Assembly: GCA_963828525.1 (NCBI GenBank) | Contig: CAWHEP010000006.1 | Span: 42,728-106,727, forward strand | Reading direction: 5' to 3' | Length of the DNA: 64,000 nucleotides | DNA from: an uncultured Verrucomicrobiae bacterium | GTDB lineage: Bacteria > Verrucomicrobiota > Verrucomicrobiia > Chthoniobacterales > Chthoniobacteraceae | Shown: in pieces, positions 61,974-64,000 of the stretch | Layout: every line of letters begins with the position of its first letter | Position numbering within the stretch: the first letter of the stretch is position 1 | Program-made: the position numbers and the translations under genes | The notes under the pieces: generated by a model | What the model was told of the DNA's origin: nothing | Databases searched by the model: none | Seen by the model: the letters and a program-made list of their open reading frames with translations, nothing else

Positions 61974-62426
61974 ATGACGATCACGGAGCATCTCACCCAA
62001 AAACGTCCCAGTGATGGCGATATTTCGACCTTCGCTTCATCCATACAAGGAACACTCCCAGACGATTACAGGCATTTCTTGAAGGCTGAAAATGGAGGCC
62101 GCCCCGATCCAAATCAGTTTAGATTTTCCAGAAAAGATGGAATAACGCAAGATGGTTCGATACACTATTTTTTTGCCTTGTATGACGGACGAGTCGGAAG
62201 TTTGAAGAGGAATTTCGATGCATATAGAGGCCGCGTTCCGGGAGGATACCTCCCGATTGGGGTTGATCCATTTGGTAATCTAATCCTTTTAAGAGTTACA
62301 GCACAGAACCCAGGAAAACTTTTTTTCTGGGATCACGAAGAAGAAGATGAGTGCATTCCTTCAATAAAAAATATGTATGTCGTGGCCAATTCCTTCTCCG
62401 GTTTCCTTGAAAATCTCTCGACATAG
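61974..62426 (+). CDS. SMI1/KNR4 (SUKH) family immunity protein
   Basis: LPDDYRHFLKAENGG, YLPIGVDPFGNLILL, GKLFFWDHE, VANSFSGFLENL. Intact, 13 bp after the nuclease stop. Confidence 0.92.
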   Translation: MTITEHLTQKRPSDGDISTFASSIQGTLPDDYRHFLKAENGGRPDPNQFRFSRKDGITQDGSIHYFFALYDGRVGSLKRNFDAYRGRVPGGYLPIGVDPFGNLILLRVTAQNPGKLFFWDHEEEDECIPSIKNMYVVANSFSGFLENLST

Positions 62427-63052
62427 TATGAGGCAACCATAGCACGGCACATGCCTGCTATTTTTGCGGTAGGCTCCCGCCGCAGCTTCTCGCTATTCAC
62501 GGTCCGGAACTAAAGTCGGAGCAGCTTTCGCTTATCATCAGAACGTCTCAACGCACGGGCCCGCCCCATCCAGTGATGTCCCCGGCAACCTCAGGAGCCT
62601 TTCTGCAGGTCTTTTACTGGAAAGCTCCCTGCGAAGCGAGTGAGAGACGCGACTACTCAGGATATGTGATGCCAGATTGCGGAGTGGGATGCCTGCGGTT
62701 AAGCTATATAGTTTTGACGTAGGCGGGGACTTCCCGACCAAAACCTTACCATACGGCCGTGAGATGAGCACGCCGCTGACAATCGAGAAGCACCGAGGCA
62801 AGCCTCTGGGCTACAGAGGCTGCATATTGCAGCTTGCGCCTTGCCATCCGAACGTTACAACACAAAGTCCCTCCCCCTCTTAGTGCTGTCCCTTTCAACC
62901 TCGCGGGCTTCGTTTTCAGGCCTCTCGAATCCCGCTGCGAACCGGGTCAGAAACGCGACTTCCCTTGGCTATTGTGCGCGATAGTATTCGATGACTCAGA
63001 AATGGTCAATCCCGGACATTGCGTCAAGGTGTCTGGACAGCATTACCCGTCT

Positions 63053-64000
63053 TCATGCGCAAATCTCTCGAGGTTTGTAACCCCCGACAAACCGGGTTCT
63101 GAATTCTCCGAAACGGTTCTCCTCCAGCGCCGACCGGATGCGCTCCATAAGATTAAGGTAAAAATGCAAATTGTGCAGCGTCACAAGGCGCAGCCCGAGG
63201 ATTTCCTCCGCTTTGATGAGGTGGCGGATGTAGCCTCGGCTGAACTCCGCGCATGCCGGACACTTGCAGCCTTCCTCAATCGGCCCCTGATCCAGAATGT
63301 AGGGATTGTTCTTGAGGTTGATTGTTCCCGTCTCCGTGAAGGCGGTGCCGTTGCGAGCCAGGCGTGTCGGTAGGACACAGTCGAACATGTCAATGCCTCT
63401 CGCTACCAGTTCCACGAGCTGCGGAGGCGTTCCCAACCCCATCGCGTAGCGAGGCTTGTTCGGGGGAAGGCGCGGTTCGCTATTCTCCACCGCCAGCATC
63501 ATCTCCTCCTCAGGTTCACCCACGCTCACCCCGCCCACGGCATACCCTTCAAAATCCATCCCAGCCAGCGCGTCCGCGCTTTCCCGCGCAAGTCCGCGAA
63601 GACGGAGCCCTGCACGATGCCAAACAACTGAGGCCGCTCTTCCAGGCTCCTCTCCTCCGCCCATCGTCTGCACCGAGCCGCCCACCGCAGCGTGCGCGCC
63701 AGGCTCGTCGCCGCGTATTCCCGGTCACACGGGTAGTGCGGACACTCATCGAAAGCCATCGCGATGTCCGACCCCAATGTCGCCTGGATTTCCATCGCCG
63801 TCTCGGGACCGATGAAACAAGGGGCCCCATCCAGGTGGTTTTGGAAATGCACTCCCTCCTCAGTGATCTTTCTCAGTTTCGCAAGCGAGAAGACCTGGTA
63901 GCCGCCGCTATCCGTGAGAAGCGGCCCCTGCCACGACATGAAGCGATGGAGACCGCCAAAATGCCGGATCACGTCCATGCCGGGCCTCACGAAAAGATGG
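63053..64000 (-). CDS. tgt: Queuine tRNA-ribosyltransferase (5' end outside the window; frameshift near 63600)
   Basis: [61 protein letters not shown]. Confidence 0.95.

Noticed and set aside
62427..63050. Possible ncRNA or gene in the SMI1-tgt gap (hairpin GCCTCTG-N5-CAGAGGC at 62802-62820; GGGTCAG at 62944)
   Set aside because: No recognisable family or coherent ORF. The hairpin lacks a U-tract and the 7-bp IR-like match is too short.

Overview
This 64 kb GC-rich bacterial window is probably Verrucomicrobiota (Chthoniobacterales-like). That placement is inferred from the protein families present, not from a marker gene. Most of the window is core genome: trpA, tyrS, gcvT-gcvH, hom-thrC-lysC, fabG, sixA, pgl, purS-purQ-purL-purF-purM, tyrA-aroA-cmk-plsC, tgt, three tRNAs (Leu-TAA, Arg-ACG, fMet-CAT) and a hybrid kinase/response regulator pair. 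Three accessory regions stand out. (1) A tyrosine integrase sits at the 3' end of tRNA-Leu, and its island continues off the left edge. (2) A decayed defence island of about 5.6 kb lies at the 3' end of tRNA-fMet. In it a TIR/SEFIR gene sits between a type I R-M hsdS tail and an hsdR head, alongside a second hsdR head and three toxin-antitoxin modules (addiction module/ParE, MbcA-like/RES, AbiEi/AbiEii). (3) An Rhs/polymorphic toxin remnant carries three toxin-tip/immunity cassettes. It is interrupted by a Y1 HUH (RAYT-like) transposase bounded by perfect 17-bp inverted repeats, with tandem duplications of 43, 46 and about 715 bp that are all anchored on those repeats. Many housekeeping genes between 43 and 64 kb have single-base indels that are probably sequencing or assembly errors, so pseudogene calls based only on indels are uncertain.
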